DNA of 64,000 nt, from the NCBI GenBank assembly GCA_963666055.2, contig CAXWPH010000007.1, positions 64,001-128,000 on the forward strand, given 5' to 3'. The notes below the pieces were generated by a model. That model saw only the letters and a program-made list of their open reading frames with translations. It did no database searches and was not told where the DNA came from. Of the stretch, positions 13,871 through 23,546 are shown piece by piece (position 1 is the stretch's first letter; each line of letters starts with the position of its first letter). The position numbers were made by a program, and so were the translations under genes. This DNA comes from Acidobacteriota bacterium. GTDB taxonomy: Bacteria; Acidobacteriota; UBA890; WLXD01.

Positions 13871-15784
13871 CTATGGCCTCCGGTACGCCTCGATCCCGCC
13901 GCCGACACCGCCGACGAACAGGTCGAGCTTGCCATCCTCGTCGAGATCGGCGAAGACCGGCGTGGCGAACGGATGTACCACCGGACCGAAGAGCTCATCA
14001 GCCTCGAACTGCGGCACCTGAGGCGTACCGATGTTGCGGAACAGGGCAAGTCCCTCGGCCTCGGAGCCAATCACCAGATCGAGATCTCCGTCACCGTCGA
14101 GGTCGGTGAGCGTCGGGGCGCTGCGCCGCCCGACGTCGATTCCCTCGAACTTGTCGTCGACGAGCTCGTAGCGTGGCTCCGTGGCCGACCCCACGTTGCG
14201 GTAGAAGTTCAACTCGCCCGAAGACTCTCCGACGAAGAGATCCAGGTCGCCATCGGCGTCGATGTCGCCGAGAGCAGGGATGGCATTGCGCCCTCGCGTG
14301 AGCTTGACGATCTGTGGGTCGGCAACTGCCCAGTCGGGACGGGCGGCAGTCCCCTCGTTGCGCACCAGCTGTAACTCGTCGCCCCAGCTACCCATCAGAA
14401 TGTCGAGATCGCCGTCGCCGTCCAGGTCACCGAATGCCGGGGCATAGTGGTAGGCGCCGGCAAACGACTCGATGGGCCCGCGAAACTGCAGGCGCGGCTG
14501 CGTCGTGGTGCCAGTGTTCTCGAAGAAGAACAGGCGGCCGGCGCGCGTGTCACCAGGTTCGATCTTGTTGCCAAGGAACAGGTCCAGATCGCCGTCACTG
14601 TCGATGTCGGCGAAGGCCGGAAAGCTCTCGCTGCCGACGTCGACCTGGGTCAGAAACCGGCGCGTCTGAAGTTCCAGGCGTCGTGTGCCGGTGTGGTCCA
14701 GATACAGCAAGTTGTCGATCGTGGTGTTGTTGGGATTGAACGCTCCCCCCAACACTCCCACCAGCAGATCGACATCACCATCGCCATCGAGATCGCCGAA
14801 GGCCGGGGCATTGTAGCCACTCGTCTTCACCGGGTCGTTGGGCGGAAACGGCGTGGGCTCCGAACGTAACGACGGCGTTCGACAGGAGCCCCGGTTCTCG
14901 ATAAGCAAGAGGCCGGGCTCGAAGAAGTCGCCCCAGAACAAGTCCAGGTCACCGTCGCCGTCAAAGTCCACGAAGGCCATCGTATTGGCGCCGTGGAGTG
15001 TTCCCCGAGATCCGCCGCCCGCCGTGCTCGACGTCGGACCGCCCAGCACCTGACCGATGATCTCGATGCCCTGAAATCGATCCTCCAGGTGACGAAATAC
15101 CGGTACGCCGCGCTCGTCCAAACCGATCATCTCGTGGCGAGTGATCGTACCCTCGACCCTGCCCACCATCAGATCGAGCCGGCCGTCGCAGTCCAGATCC
15201 GCAACCTTCGGTATGTTCTGGCGATCGGCAAACACCGGTTCGCCCTTGTCGTCCATGAGACGCTCCGCCAACAACTCGAAACGCGGCGCGGTGCGGCCGC
15301 CTTCATTGCGATACATGCGCACCAGGCTGAAGCGCTCCTCCCCCAAGAGATCGAGATCACCATCTTCGTCGAGGTCGACGAACAGGTACCACTCGCCAAT
15401 ATCGACGCCCTGGTACGCGTCCGTACGCCATACGTAGCGGGGTTCCGTAGGCGTGCCCGTCTGTTCGAAGAACATCACAGCGCCGCTGTACTCCTGCACG
15501 AACAGATCGAGATCGCCGTCACCGTCAATATCGGCAAGTTGTGGCCGTGGCAGGTTGAAGCCGCCCAGGAAGGGGTGCGCGTAGGGGTTGCCGTCGATGT
15601 CGAGAACCTCGAAGGCGTAGACATCACGCTCGAATTCGGATCGCCCCGTCGCGGGTCCTCCGCCAGACTCGACTCGAGGCGTTCCCCCGCCAGGCTCGGC
15701 CCCCTCGACCGCACGGCCCGCACCGAACATGCTCGCCGCGCCGACAGCGATCAGCGCAGCGAACGCTCCGCCGAACCGTCTCAT
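13871..15784 (-). CDS. FG-GAP-like repeat protein, secreted
   Basis: Signal peptide; about 10 D[IL]DGDGDLDL-type repeats; RBS GGAGG upstream. Confidence 0.88.
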   Translation of the reverse strand: MRRFGGAFAALIAVGAASMFGAGRAVEGAEPGGGTPRVESGGGPATGRSEFERDVYAFEVLDIDGNPYAHPFLGGFNLPRPQLADIDGDGDLDLFVQEYSGAVMFFEQTGTPTEPRYVWRTDAYQGVDIGEWYLFVDLDEDGDLDLLGEERFSLVRMYRNEGGRTAPRFELLAERLMDDKGEPVFADRQNIPKVADLDCDGRLDLMVGRVEGTITRHEMIGLDERGVPVFRHLEDRFQGIEIIGQVLGGPTSSTAGGGSRGTLHGANTMAFVDFDGDGDLDLFWGDFFEPGLLLIENRGSCRTPSLRSEPTPFPPNDPVKTSGYNAPAFGDLDGDGDVDLLVGVLGGAFNPNNTTIDNLLYLDHTGTRRLELQTRRFLTQVDVGSESFPAFADIDSDGDLDLFLGNKIEPGDTRAGRLFFFENTGTTTQPRLQFRGPIESFAGAYHYAPAFGDLDGDGDLDILMGSWGDELQLVRNEGTAARPDWAVADPQIVKLTRGRNAIPALGDIDADGDLDLFVGESSGELNFYRNVGSATEPRYELVDDKFEGIDVGRRSAPTLTDLDGDGDLDLVIGSEAEGLALFRNIGTPQVPQFEADELFGPVVHPFATPVFADLDEDGKLDLFVGGVGGGIEAYRRP

Positions 15785-15916
15785 GACACAAAAGCCTCCG
15801 GGTCAGTCTTATCAGCAATCGAAGCGCTAGGAATCACGCGATTTCCGTGCAGCTGGAGGAGCGGGCTGCGGCGCGCATCCACTCTAGCGTAAACGGCACC
15901 CTGACCGCGGTCCGCC

Positions 15917-15960
15917 GACCCTGTCGCCAGGCCTGCCAGACTTCCACCACGGCCCGCTAG
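15917..15960. mobile_element. Solo right end of MITE family B
   Basis: 40/44 nt identical to 34332-34375; its CTAG contains the stop codon of the 15957-16550 gene. Confidence 0.8.
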
Positions 15961-16550
15961 CCTCTCAGGGTGGCGCGTAGCCGCCGGGCCGATTCGCGCA
16001 ACGAGGTACGCAGGTAGTGTGCCGATGCTGACGGTGTCCGCGCCAGCGGCCCCTCGGTGCCCGGCTCGACGCGAACGGAGACCAGCACTGGCCCGACGCC
16101 CGCTAGCACCTCCGGCAACTGCTGCTCGTACTCGTCGGCGTCCTCGAAGGCGTACGTCCTGCGGAAACCGACGGCACGCGCCAGGGCACCGAAGTCAATC
16201 CTCCCCTGTGCCGGGACGGGCTGACTACCGGTGATCTCATAGGTGCCGTTGTCGACGATCAGGAGGGTCAAGTTGGTGGCGCCGGAGTCGACGATCGTCG
16301 CCAGCGTACCCAAGCTCATCAGCATGCTGCCGTCGCCGTTGAGACAGACCACACCGCGCTTTGGCTGTGCCAGCGCCAACCCCAACGCCAGGTCTGCCGC
16401 GTGCCCCATGGCGCTATCCGCCGAGGCAAAATCAAGCTCGCTCTGCGAGTGGCGCGCCCATGGGCGCAACACGGACATCGTCGTCACCACGATCCGATCC
16501 TCGCGCAGCCGTGCGAGCGGGGCCAGCAACTCGTCCTTCGTGAGCATCAC
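15957..16550 (-). CDS. TPP-dependent decarboxylase beta subunit (sulfopyruvate/phosphonopyruvate decarboxylase ComE-like)
   Basis: TPP motif NGDGSMLMSLG...DNGTYEITG; SAMGHA. Confidence 0.8.
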   Translation of the reverse strand: MMLTKDELLAPLARLREDRIVVTTMSVLRPWARHSQSELDFASADSAMGHAADLALGLALAQPKRGVVCLNGDGSMLMSLGTLATIVDSGATNLTLLIVDNGTYEITGSQPVPAQGRIDFGALARAVGFRRTYAFEDADEYEQQLPEVLAGVGPVLVSVRVEPGTEGPLARTPSASAHYLRTSLRESARRLRATLRG

Positions 16551-17119
16551 GTGAACCCGCGCGTCAGCAGCACAACGGTGGGTTGAGACTGCCGCGCAGC
16601 GACCTCGAAAGCGTTTGGCACCACCTTATCGGTGTCGATGTCCGAGTCATGCCGCCAGAACGGCACGCCCCAGGCGGCCAACGTGGGCTCGGTCAGGAGG
16701 GCCGCCGAGTCGACGTCGGCGCGCGTCAGCGTGGCGGCGTCGAACGGTCGGGGTGCCGTGCCCAGCTTGGCGGCGAGCATCTTCGCGTAGCCGCGATAAC
16801 CTACCAGGCAGAGCAATGGAACTCCCATGCGCCCGGCGGTGCCGCGTAGGCTATCGCCGCTCTCCAGCAACCCGGTGTTTTGGATGATCACCAGCGGCTG
16901 TTGGCCGCCGATCCATAGCCCCGCAGCAATGGCGAACGCCTCGCCCTCGCGCGTGACGGTCAGCAGCCGGATCGTCGGGTGGCCGCACAGGCGCTCGAAA
17001 ACCTGCGCGGTGTCGTTGTCCGGAATACCGACGACGTGAGTCGTACCCAAAGCCACCAGCCGCTCGATCAGGTGAGCTGCGCTCGGCGCGACGCTGCCGC
17101 CGGGACGCTGCCCGGACAC
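16547..17119 (-). CDS. TPP-dependent decarboxylase alpha subunit (ComD-like)
   Basis: GIPDN, TREGEAFAIAAG, IQNTG; GTG start with GGAGA RBS; overlaps the beta subunit. Confidence 0.8.
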   Translation of the reverse strand: MSGQRPGGSVAPSAAHLIERLVALGTTHVVGIPDNDTAQVFERLCGHPTIRLLTVTREGEAFAIAAGLWIGGQQPLVIIQNTGLLESGDSLRGTAGRMGVPLLCLVGYRGYAKMLAAKLGTAPRPFDAATLTRADVDSAALLTEPTLAAWGVPFWRHDSDIDTDKVVPNAFEVAARQSQPTVVLLTRGFT

Positions 17120-17151
17120 GTGATCTCCGCAGTCGTCAGCCACCGAGCATC

Positions 17152-17429
17152 CTAGTGGCCTGTAACAGATGATCGTTGCAACTCGTGGTGGCGAAATGGG
17201 TCCGGATGCCAGGCGCGACGAAGAGATGATGTTTGCCCATCTTCCAGGAGGAGCAACGCCGCAGACGGGCCGATTTCGCCGCCATCCTGCGGACAGATGG
17301 GCAGTTGCGGGCGATATCGGCGTTGCGCCTCCTCGACGATGCCCTCTGCATCGCCTTCCTCGCCGCGCCTTGATCTCATCCGCAAATCCCATCTGCGATA
17401 TGCAACGATCATCTGTTACAGGCCACTAG
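17152..17429. mobile_element. MITE family A, 278 bp, perfect 29-bp terminal inverted repeats
   Basis: ctagtggcctgtaacagatgatcgttgca (17152-17180) is the reverse complement of 17401-17429; no transposase; CTAG at both ends. Confidence 0.85.
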
Positions 17430-17431
17430 CG

Positions 17432-19849
17432 CTACGGGCGGGGACGGTCGGCGTCGTGCACCTTGAGGATGAACAGACCCTCTTTACCGGAAGCTACGGC
17501 CACCACCCCGCTGTCGAAGAACGGGTAGTTGCTCCACGAGCCGATCGCCCCAGACAGGATGTCGCCCATGCCGTCGTTGTCGCCCCAGGGTACGGTGTCG
17601 AAGAAGCCGAGCGGCCGCGGTTGCTCGCGCTCGCTGATATCGAGCACGTGCAAACCGCTGCGGTAGTTCGACTGGTACATCACGTCGCCGACGATGTAGA
17701 GGTTGTGGTCGGTGGCGGGGTTGTCGGTGATGTACTCGCCTACCAGGATCGGATCCTCTAGATCCTGCACGTCCCAGATCAGCGTCCGTGTCCCAGCGAC
17801 GAGCCCGGCGATTTCGTCGCCCTCGTCGTTCATGTAGAAGTAGCGGTGCTCCCCGTCGAGCCAGCCCTGATGCGTGTACGCCAGATTCGGGTAGGTCGCT
17901 GAGGCGATCACCTGTGGGTTGCGCTTGTCGGTGACGTCGCCGATGCCGAAGGCGCGTCCGTCGGAGCTGAAACACACCTCCCGCCCCCGATAGCGCTCGT
18001 CTGGCCCCTCGTAGGTCACGCATTGCACATCGTGCGTACCACCGTGGCCGCGCGGGCTGCTCGCCTGCGGCTCGAAGCATCCCGCGAAGATCGGGTTGCG
18101 TGGATCCTCGACGTTGATCATGTGCAGTGCACCACCGCAGGTCTCCCCACCGGAGCTGTTACCCACCGCGTACGCGAAGGCGGTGTCGACGTTGATATGA
18201 ATATTGTGTGACGAGTTCACACCGTCGTAGTGCGCCGCTTCGTTAAAGGCCAGCGGCGTGCCCTCGAACTCGCGTAGCTGGGTCAGATCGAAGACCTGTA
18301 CCCCATGGGGTCCGGAAGCATCGGCAACGATGAAGGCGTGATCGGCGTAGACCTTGATGTCACGCCACAGGCTGGCGGGTGAGGCGTCTGACTTCGGCAG
18401 CTTGCCGACGAAGACGGGGACGTACGGATCGCTGACATCGACGAAGGAAGTGCCATCGCGCAGGCCAACGATGGCGTAGTCGCGGCCGGTCTGCGGATCG
18501 GTCCAGCCCCAGATGTCGTTCGTGGTCACGCCGCGCCCTCCACCTATGGCCTGCACCGGGAGAAAAGCGATCAGGTCGATGTTGTCGCACTCGAAGATCC
18601 CGGCGCGGCCGTCGACGCACGCCACCGCACCGCCGCTGATCGCGGGTAGACCCCGTGCACCGCTCAGCACGTGCGAACGGTCCCAGCCGTCCGCCAACCG
18701 GCTCATGATGACGGCGCTACCGGCGCCATAATCGTCACCCGGGAGCCCGGCAACGACCAGATCATCCTTCGCGGCAAGCGCGGCGCCGTATGCGGAGCCG
18801 AACTTGAGACCTGTGGTACCGAGCTTCGAGGCGGCGGCCCACTCGCCTGTTCGACCGCGCCTGAAGCGATACACGCGCCCCTCCAGCCGTCCGGTACCAG
18901 CGCCCGGTGCGCCGACGAGAGCCTCGTCCTCGCCCAGCGCTATATCGATACCGAACATACCGCCCGCGGGAGCATCGAACGGTGCCAGACTACCCGTCGC
19001 GGTCCAGCTCGCATCGTCCTGGGTATAGCGATAGCGGTAGACCGCGCCGCTGAAGTCGTCGGTGCCGACGGCACCGATCAGCGCCTCGTTTTCGTTCAGC
19101 GCAATGCTCGAACCGTACATCGCCCCGGCGGCGCGCTGTGGAGGAGATTCGAGCTTGTCGATACGGCTCCAGCCGTCATCGTCGCGACGAAAGACGTAGA
19201 CGCTCCCTTGCGGCGGGCTCTGCTGAAACTGACCGCGGAGGAACATATCCACGCGCCCGCCGGGCGCGCCAACGAAGATCCAATCGCCAGCTTGAGCTAC
19301 GGTTGCGCCGAAGCCCTCCGGCGCGCCCGAGGCGCCGTCCGTTCCGTCACCTTCGATAGTGCCTGCCAACGCCCATCCTTCGCCGGCGGGCTCGAAGATA
19401 GACACGCTCCCTGCACCTTCGTTGCCGCCGGGGGCGCCGACAAGGATCAAATCATCGCCCAGGGCCACAGCAGCGCCGAAGCCTGCGACAGCGCTATGCG
19501 GTGCGATGCGCGCTGTTTCCTCCCATGCACCCGCGTTGCGGCGAAACAGGTACGCCGCACCAAGGGAGTCTGCACCCACGAGCAGCAGGTCGCCGTCGAC
19601 GGCGATCGAACGGCCGAACCCATCGGTATCGCGCCCATCTGAAGCAAGCAACTCCTGCACCTGTTGCCAACCACCGTTGGCAGGCCGATAGACGTAGACG
19701 ACCCCGGGCCCGATCAAGTTCGCCGGCTCACCGACAAAGACATCGCCGTTGCCGATCGCCGCGGCAGATCCGTATCCGAGCTGCGCCAGGGCAGGCGTGG
19801 CGCTCGCCATCAGGACGATCAGTGACAGGGCCGCGCCGGCCTTTCTCAT
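17432..19849 (-). CDS. Choice-of-anchor B family protein with N-terminal FG-GAP propeller
   Basis: NDIWGWTDP, WRDIKVY, SHNIHIN, THDVQCV, YTHQGWL, DHNLY, WSNYPFF; signal peptide. Confidence 0.88.
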   Translation of the reverse strand: MRKAGAALSLIVLMASATPALAQLGYGSAAAIGNGDVFVGEPANLIGPGVVYVYRPANGGWQQVQELLASDGRDTDGFGRSIAVDGDLLLVGADSLGAAYLFRRNAGAWEETARIAPHSAVAGFGAAVALGDDLILVGAPGGNEGAGSVSIFEPAGEGWALAGTIEGDGTDGASGAPEGFGATVAQAGDWIFVGAPGGRVDMFLRGQFQQSPPQGSVYVFRRDDDGWSRIDKLESPPQRAAGAMYGSSIALNENEALIGAVGTDDFSGAVYRYRYTQDDASWTATGSLAPFDAPAGGMFGIDIALGEDEALVGAPGAGTGRLEGRVYRFRRGRTGEWAAASKLGTTGLKFGSAYGAALAAKDDLVVAGLPGDDYGAGSAVIMSRLADGWDRSHVLSGARGLPAISGGAVACVDGRAGIFECDNIDLIAFLPVQAIGGGRGVTTNDIWGWTDPQTGRDYAIVGLRDGTSFVDVSDPYVPVFVGKLPKSDASPASLWRDIKVYADHAFIVADASGPHGVQVFDLTQLREFEGTPLAFNEAAHYDGVNSSHNIHINVDTAFAYAVGNSSGGETCGGALHMINVEDPRNPIFAGCFEPQASSPRGHGGTHDVQCVTYEGPDERYRGREVCFSSDGRAFGIGDVTDKRNPQVIASATYPNLAYTHQGWLDGEHRYFYMNDEGDEIAGLVAGTRTLIWDVQDLEDPILVGEYITDNPATDHNLYIVGDVMYQSNYRSGLHVLDISEREQPRPLGFFDTVPWGDNDGMGDILSGAIGSWSNYPFFDSGVVAVASGKEGLFILKVHDADRPRP

Positions 19850-19933
19850 GGACGTACCTCGGTTGTTTGAAGACGACGAATTCTGCCATACGTGCCCGGG
19901 CAGCCGGCGCCTGCTCCCACGGAGCCGAATGGC

Positions 19934-21010
19934 TCAGCGACTGCCAGACGCACCGACGCCAGCAGCATACGCAGGCACCTCGAGCACCTTGATGACCTGT
20001 CGAGATTCCGTATCGATGATGTTGAGCGTTCCGGGAGGCTTGGCGCCCTCGACGACATCACCGTACTCACCCGCGGTGTTGCGGCCGGATACGAATAGCC
20101 AGCGGCCGTCGCCCGAGATAGCGCTGCCGTGCGGCTCGTACAGCCCGCCACCGCTGATCTGATCGACGAGCTCCCAGCTGCTCGTGTCGATCACCGCTAC
20201 CGTGTTCGCCGTACGCTGCGGAAAATACACCACCGAGCCGTCCACAGAGTAGACCGGGTGCCAGGGTTGGCCACCTAGCGCAAAGCGCTTCTGCAGGACC
20301 GGGTTACGCGAATCACGTATGTCGAATACCAGGATCTCACCGGAGATCTGTCCACCGGTCACCATCGTGTCGCCGCCAGGAGAGATGGCGAACTGAACGA
20401 AGGTATGAGTCCCACCCGGAACGTCGAGAAGCTCCAGTCCGTCCGCGCTCGGCTCCACCGTCGCGATACGGTTCTCGGTCAGGCTCGCCGTGTACACGAC
20501 TTCGCCGTTCGGGTTGGCGATCAGCGCATGCGGCCGGGCAAAGAACACGTCGATCTCGTCGATCGCCATGCTGTCGCGCTCGATCACCCCGATGCGCATT
20601 GGCGGGCTCACCGCCGCCATCGACCGCCCCACATAGAGCAGGTCGCCGGTCGGATCGAGCGAGAGCATTCCCGGTGTTTCGAACTCCGCCTGGCCTACGA
20701 GGTTGTTGTCGCGATCGAACTTGAGCACGCGCCCGTCGGCGATAAGCGAGACGTACCAGTACGACCCGTCGGGCTCGACCGCTACGTGATGCGGCTTGCA
20801 GGTGGCGTTGAAGCCGAGCGCCGTGAGGTCGATCTCGGCGATCAGCTGCTGCGTATCGATGTCGATCACCGAGACCGTCGCTCCATCTTGGCTGGCCACG
20901 TAGACCCGCCCCGAAGGGGCCGCCAACGCGCTCGACGACGATGCCAATACGACGACGATCAAGGTCACCGTGATCAGTGACCCAACGATCCTCCGGGACA
21001 TCGGAATCAT
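19934..21010 (-). CDS. YncE/YVTN-type beta-propeller protein
   Basis: Signal peptide; VYVAS..TVSVID repeats; KPHH, PHA, PWH, PHG His motifs. Confidence 0.82.
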   Translation of the reverse strand: MIPMSRRIVGSLITVTLIVVVLASSSSALAAPSGRVYVASQDGATVSVIDIDTQQLIAEIDLTALGFNATCKPHHVAVEPDGSYWYVSLIADGRVLKFDRDNNLVGQAEFETPGMLSLDPTGDLLYVGRSMAAVSPPMRIGVIERDSMAIDEIDVFFARPHALIANPNGEVVYTASLTENRIATVEPSADGLELLDVPGGTHTFVQFAISPGGDTMVTGGQISGEILVFDIRDSRNPVLQKRFALGGQPWHPVYSVDGSVVYFPQRTANTVAVIDTSSWELVDQISGGGLYEPHGSAISGDGRWLFVSGRNTAGEYGDVVEGAKPPGTLNIIDTESRQVIKVLEVPAYAAGVGASGSR

Positions 21011-23487
21011 TCCCTTTTCGATCCGCTCGATGCCCCAGCAGGCAGGGCGTCGTCGCGCAGCTTGGCGACGAAGAAGCCTTCGCTCATCGAGGTCATCACG
21101 ACGATACCGCTGCCGAAGTAGGGGTAGTTACTCCATGAGCCACCCATTCCCTGGCCGTCCTCACCAAATGGCACGGTATCTATGTAGCCGATCTCCTTGA
21201 TCGCTTCCGGTTCGGAGATATCGAACACTCGCAATCCGGAATCGTAGTTCGACTGATACATCACGTTGCCGACCACATAGAGGTTGTGGTCGACCGCGGG
21301 GTTGTCGGAGACGTACTCGGAGGCAACGATCGGGTCTTCTAGATCCTGCACATCCCAGACGATCGTTCGCGTGCCTTCCACGAGGCCCATCATCTCATCG
21401 CCTTCGTCGTTCATGTAGAAGTAGCGGTGATCGTCGGTGAGCCATCCCTGGTGGCTGTAGGAAACGTTCGGATAACTCGACATGCCGATGGCCTGCGGGT
21501 CGCGCTTGTCGCTGACATCAGCAATCGACAACGCTGTTTCGTTGGAGCCGAAGCAGATCTCTCGGCCCACATAGCGCTCGTCGGGACCGTGGTATGTCAC
21601 GCACTGCGCGTCGTGGGAGTAACCGGTACCGCGCTGCCCGGTGCTTATGTCCTGGAAGCAGCCTGCGAAGACTGGCTGCTTCGGGTCCTCGATGTTCACC
21701 ATGTGCAGGCCGCCGCCGCACGTCTCGCCACCGCCACTGGCACCGACGATGAACGCGAAGGCGGTCTCTTCGTTGATGACGATGTTGTGCGCCGAGCTCA
21801 TGTCTGTGTAGAGCACGTCCTCGGTGAAGGTAATCGGATCGCCGTCGAACTCGCGCAACCGCTTCAAGTCGAAAACCTGCATGCCGTGCTCACCGGCACC
21901 ATCGGAAACGATGAACGCGTGGTCGGCGTAAACCTTGATGTCACGCCAGACGCTGGTGCCGGATCCGTCCGTCCTCGGCAGCTTGCCCACGTACACCGGG
22001 TTGTACGGATCCGTGACGTCAACGAACGAGGCGGCGTTGCTGAGGCCGACGATGGCGATGTCGCGGCCGGTGTCGGGGTCCGTCCATCCCCAGATATCGT
22101 TGGTGACGACGCCACGGCCACCGCCGATCTCGTGGGTTGGCAAGAAGGCCAGCAGGTCGACGCCGGCGCACTCGAAATGGCCCGCCTGCCCGGAATCGCA
22201 TAGCGCCGCGCCACCGGTAATACGCTCCAGCGCCTTGATCTCCGAGAGCACCGTGGTGCGATCCCAACCGCCGTAGGTGCGGGTCAGAATCATCGCTTGG
22301 CCAGCACCGAAGTCGACGTTGGGAACGCCGGCAACGATGACGTCGCCAGCCACTGCCATCGAGGCGGCGAAACGGGATCGCGGACCGAACGCACCGGTAC
22401 CGATCTTGGAGACTTCCGACCAGTTTCCGGCACCGTCGTCGGTGTAGCGGAAAATAACCCCAGAGCCGTTGTTGGCCCGCGGCGCCGCCACGTAGACATC
22501 ATCGTCCTGGACAGCGATCGCGGCGCCGAAACCGAACGCCGTTCCTTCGAACGGAAACATGCTCGCGGCGCGCCTGAACTCGGCGTTCTCGGCGTCGTAC
22601 TGGAAGCGCCGCACAGAACCGAGTTGACCCACACCAACAGCGCCCACGAGCAACTCGGAGCCCTTGATCGCCAACGATGAGCCAAAGCGATCGTTCTCCT
22701 CCGAGAAATCCCCCAGCGTCGTCATCTGCTCCCAGCCGTCGTCGCCGTTGCGAAACACGTACGCGAGCCCGGCACGCTTGTTGGCATTGGGAGCACCCAC
22801 CACCGCCCACTCGCCGCTGATCAATACGGCGGAGCCGAAGCGCTCGGGCGCCGGGGGCTCGCCCTCATCGTTGTCCTCGCCATCCTCCCCCCTATCGACG
22901 GGCTCGTCGTCGGCCTCGCCATGGGGAGCGCCGCGTTCCTCCCCCGCTCCGTGCTCGACCTCCGGCCGCATCCCCGCCAGCCGCGCCACCTGAACCCACT
23001 GGTAGTCCTGCATTTCAAATACGACAGCCGCTCCCCAGCCGTCGGCGGCGGCGGGAGCGCCGACCAGCAACCACGTTCCATCGCGCGACATGGAAGCGCC
23101 AAACCGGTCGCTGTCGAGCCCGCCCGAGGTCATCAGCGTGCCGATCTCGTTCCACGAGCGTCCGTCGCGATGAAACATGTACACGGCGCCGTTCTCGTCG
23201 GTAACCGCGCTGACCAACAACTGCTCCCCATCAACAGAGATGGCGCTGCCGAAGCCGTCGCCGTCCGTAGCGTCCGAGGCCGCGAGGGCTGCCACCTCGG
23301 TCCAGTCGCTGCCATCTCGGCGATACACATAAACGTACCCAGAGCTCGCCTGGTTGCCGGCCTCGCCGACAAACACCTGGTCGTCGCCGATGGCGACGAC
23401 CCGACCAAAGCCGACCTGCGCGTGAGCAGGTGTGGCGAACAAGACGAGCAGGATCAGGACCGAGAGGCCTCGCAGGGGGTTCTTCAC
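21007..23487 (-). CDS. Choice-of-anchor B family protein (paralog of 17432-19849)
   Basis: Same motif set (NDIWGWTDP, WRDIKVY, AHNIVIN, SHDAQCV, YSHQGWL, DHNLY); acidic insertion in the N-terminal propeller. Confidence 0.88.
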   Translation of the reverse strand: MKNPLRGLSVLILLVLFATPAHAQVGFGRVVAIGDDQVFVGEAGNQASSGYVYVYRRDGSDWTEVAALAASDATDGDGFGSAISVDGEQLLVSAVTDENGAVYMFHRDGRSWNEIGTLMTSGGLDSDRFGASMSRDGTWLLVGAPAAADGWGAAVVFEMQDYQWVQVARLAGMRPEVEHGAGEERGAPHGEADDEPVDRGEDGEDNDEGEPPAPERFGSAVLISGEWAVVGAPNANKRAGLAYVFRNGDDGWEQMTTLGDFSEENDRFGSSLAIKGSELLVGAVGVGQLGSVRRFQYDAENAEFRRAASMFPFEGTAFGFGAAIAVQDDDVYVAAPRANNGSGVIFRYTDDGAGNWSEVSKIGTGAFGPRSRFAASMAVAGDVIVAGVPNVDFGAGQAMILTRTYGGWDRTTVLSEIKALERITGGAALCDSGQAGHFECAGVDLLAFLPTHEIGGGRGVVTNDIWGWTDPDTGRDIAIVGLSNAASFVDVTDPYNPVYVGKLPRTDGSGTSVWRDIKVYADHAFIVSDGAGEHGMQVFDLKRLREFDGDPITFTEDVLYTDMSSAHNIVINEETAFAFIVGASGGGETCGGGLHMVNIEDPKQPVFAGCFQDISTGQRGTGYSHDAQCVTYHGPDERYVGREICFGSNETALSIADVSDKRDPQAIGMSSYPNVSYSHQGWLTDDHRYFYMNDEGDEMMGLVEGTRTIVWDVQDLEDPIVASEYVSDNPAVDHNLYVVGNVMYQSNYDSGLRVFDISEPEAIKEIGYIDTVPFGEDGQGMGGSWSNYPYFGSGIVVMTSMSEGFFVAKLRDDALPAGASSGSKRE

Positions 23488-23546
23488 GCTTCACCTCGTG
23501 GGAGACCCGTCTGCGGCGGCGCATGGTGCTTGCGGGCAGGGGCCTT

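Noticed and set aside
15786-15810. AAAGCCTCCGG as part of a c-di-GMP-I riboswitch
   Set aside because: It is the reverse complement of the GGAGG RBS of the minus-strand gene; the P2 GGCAAA element is missing
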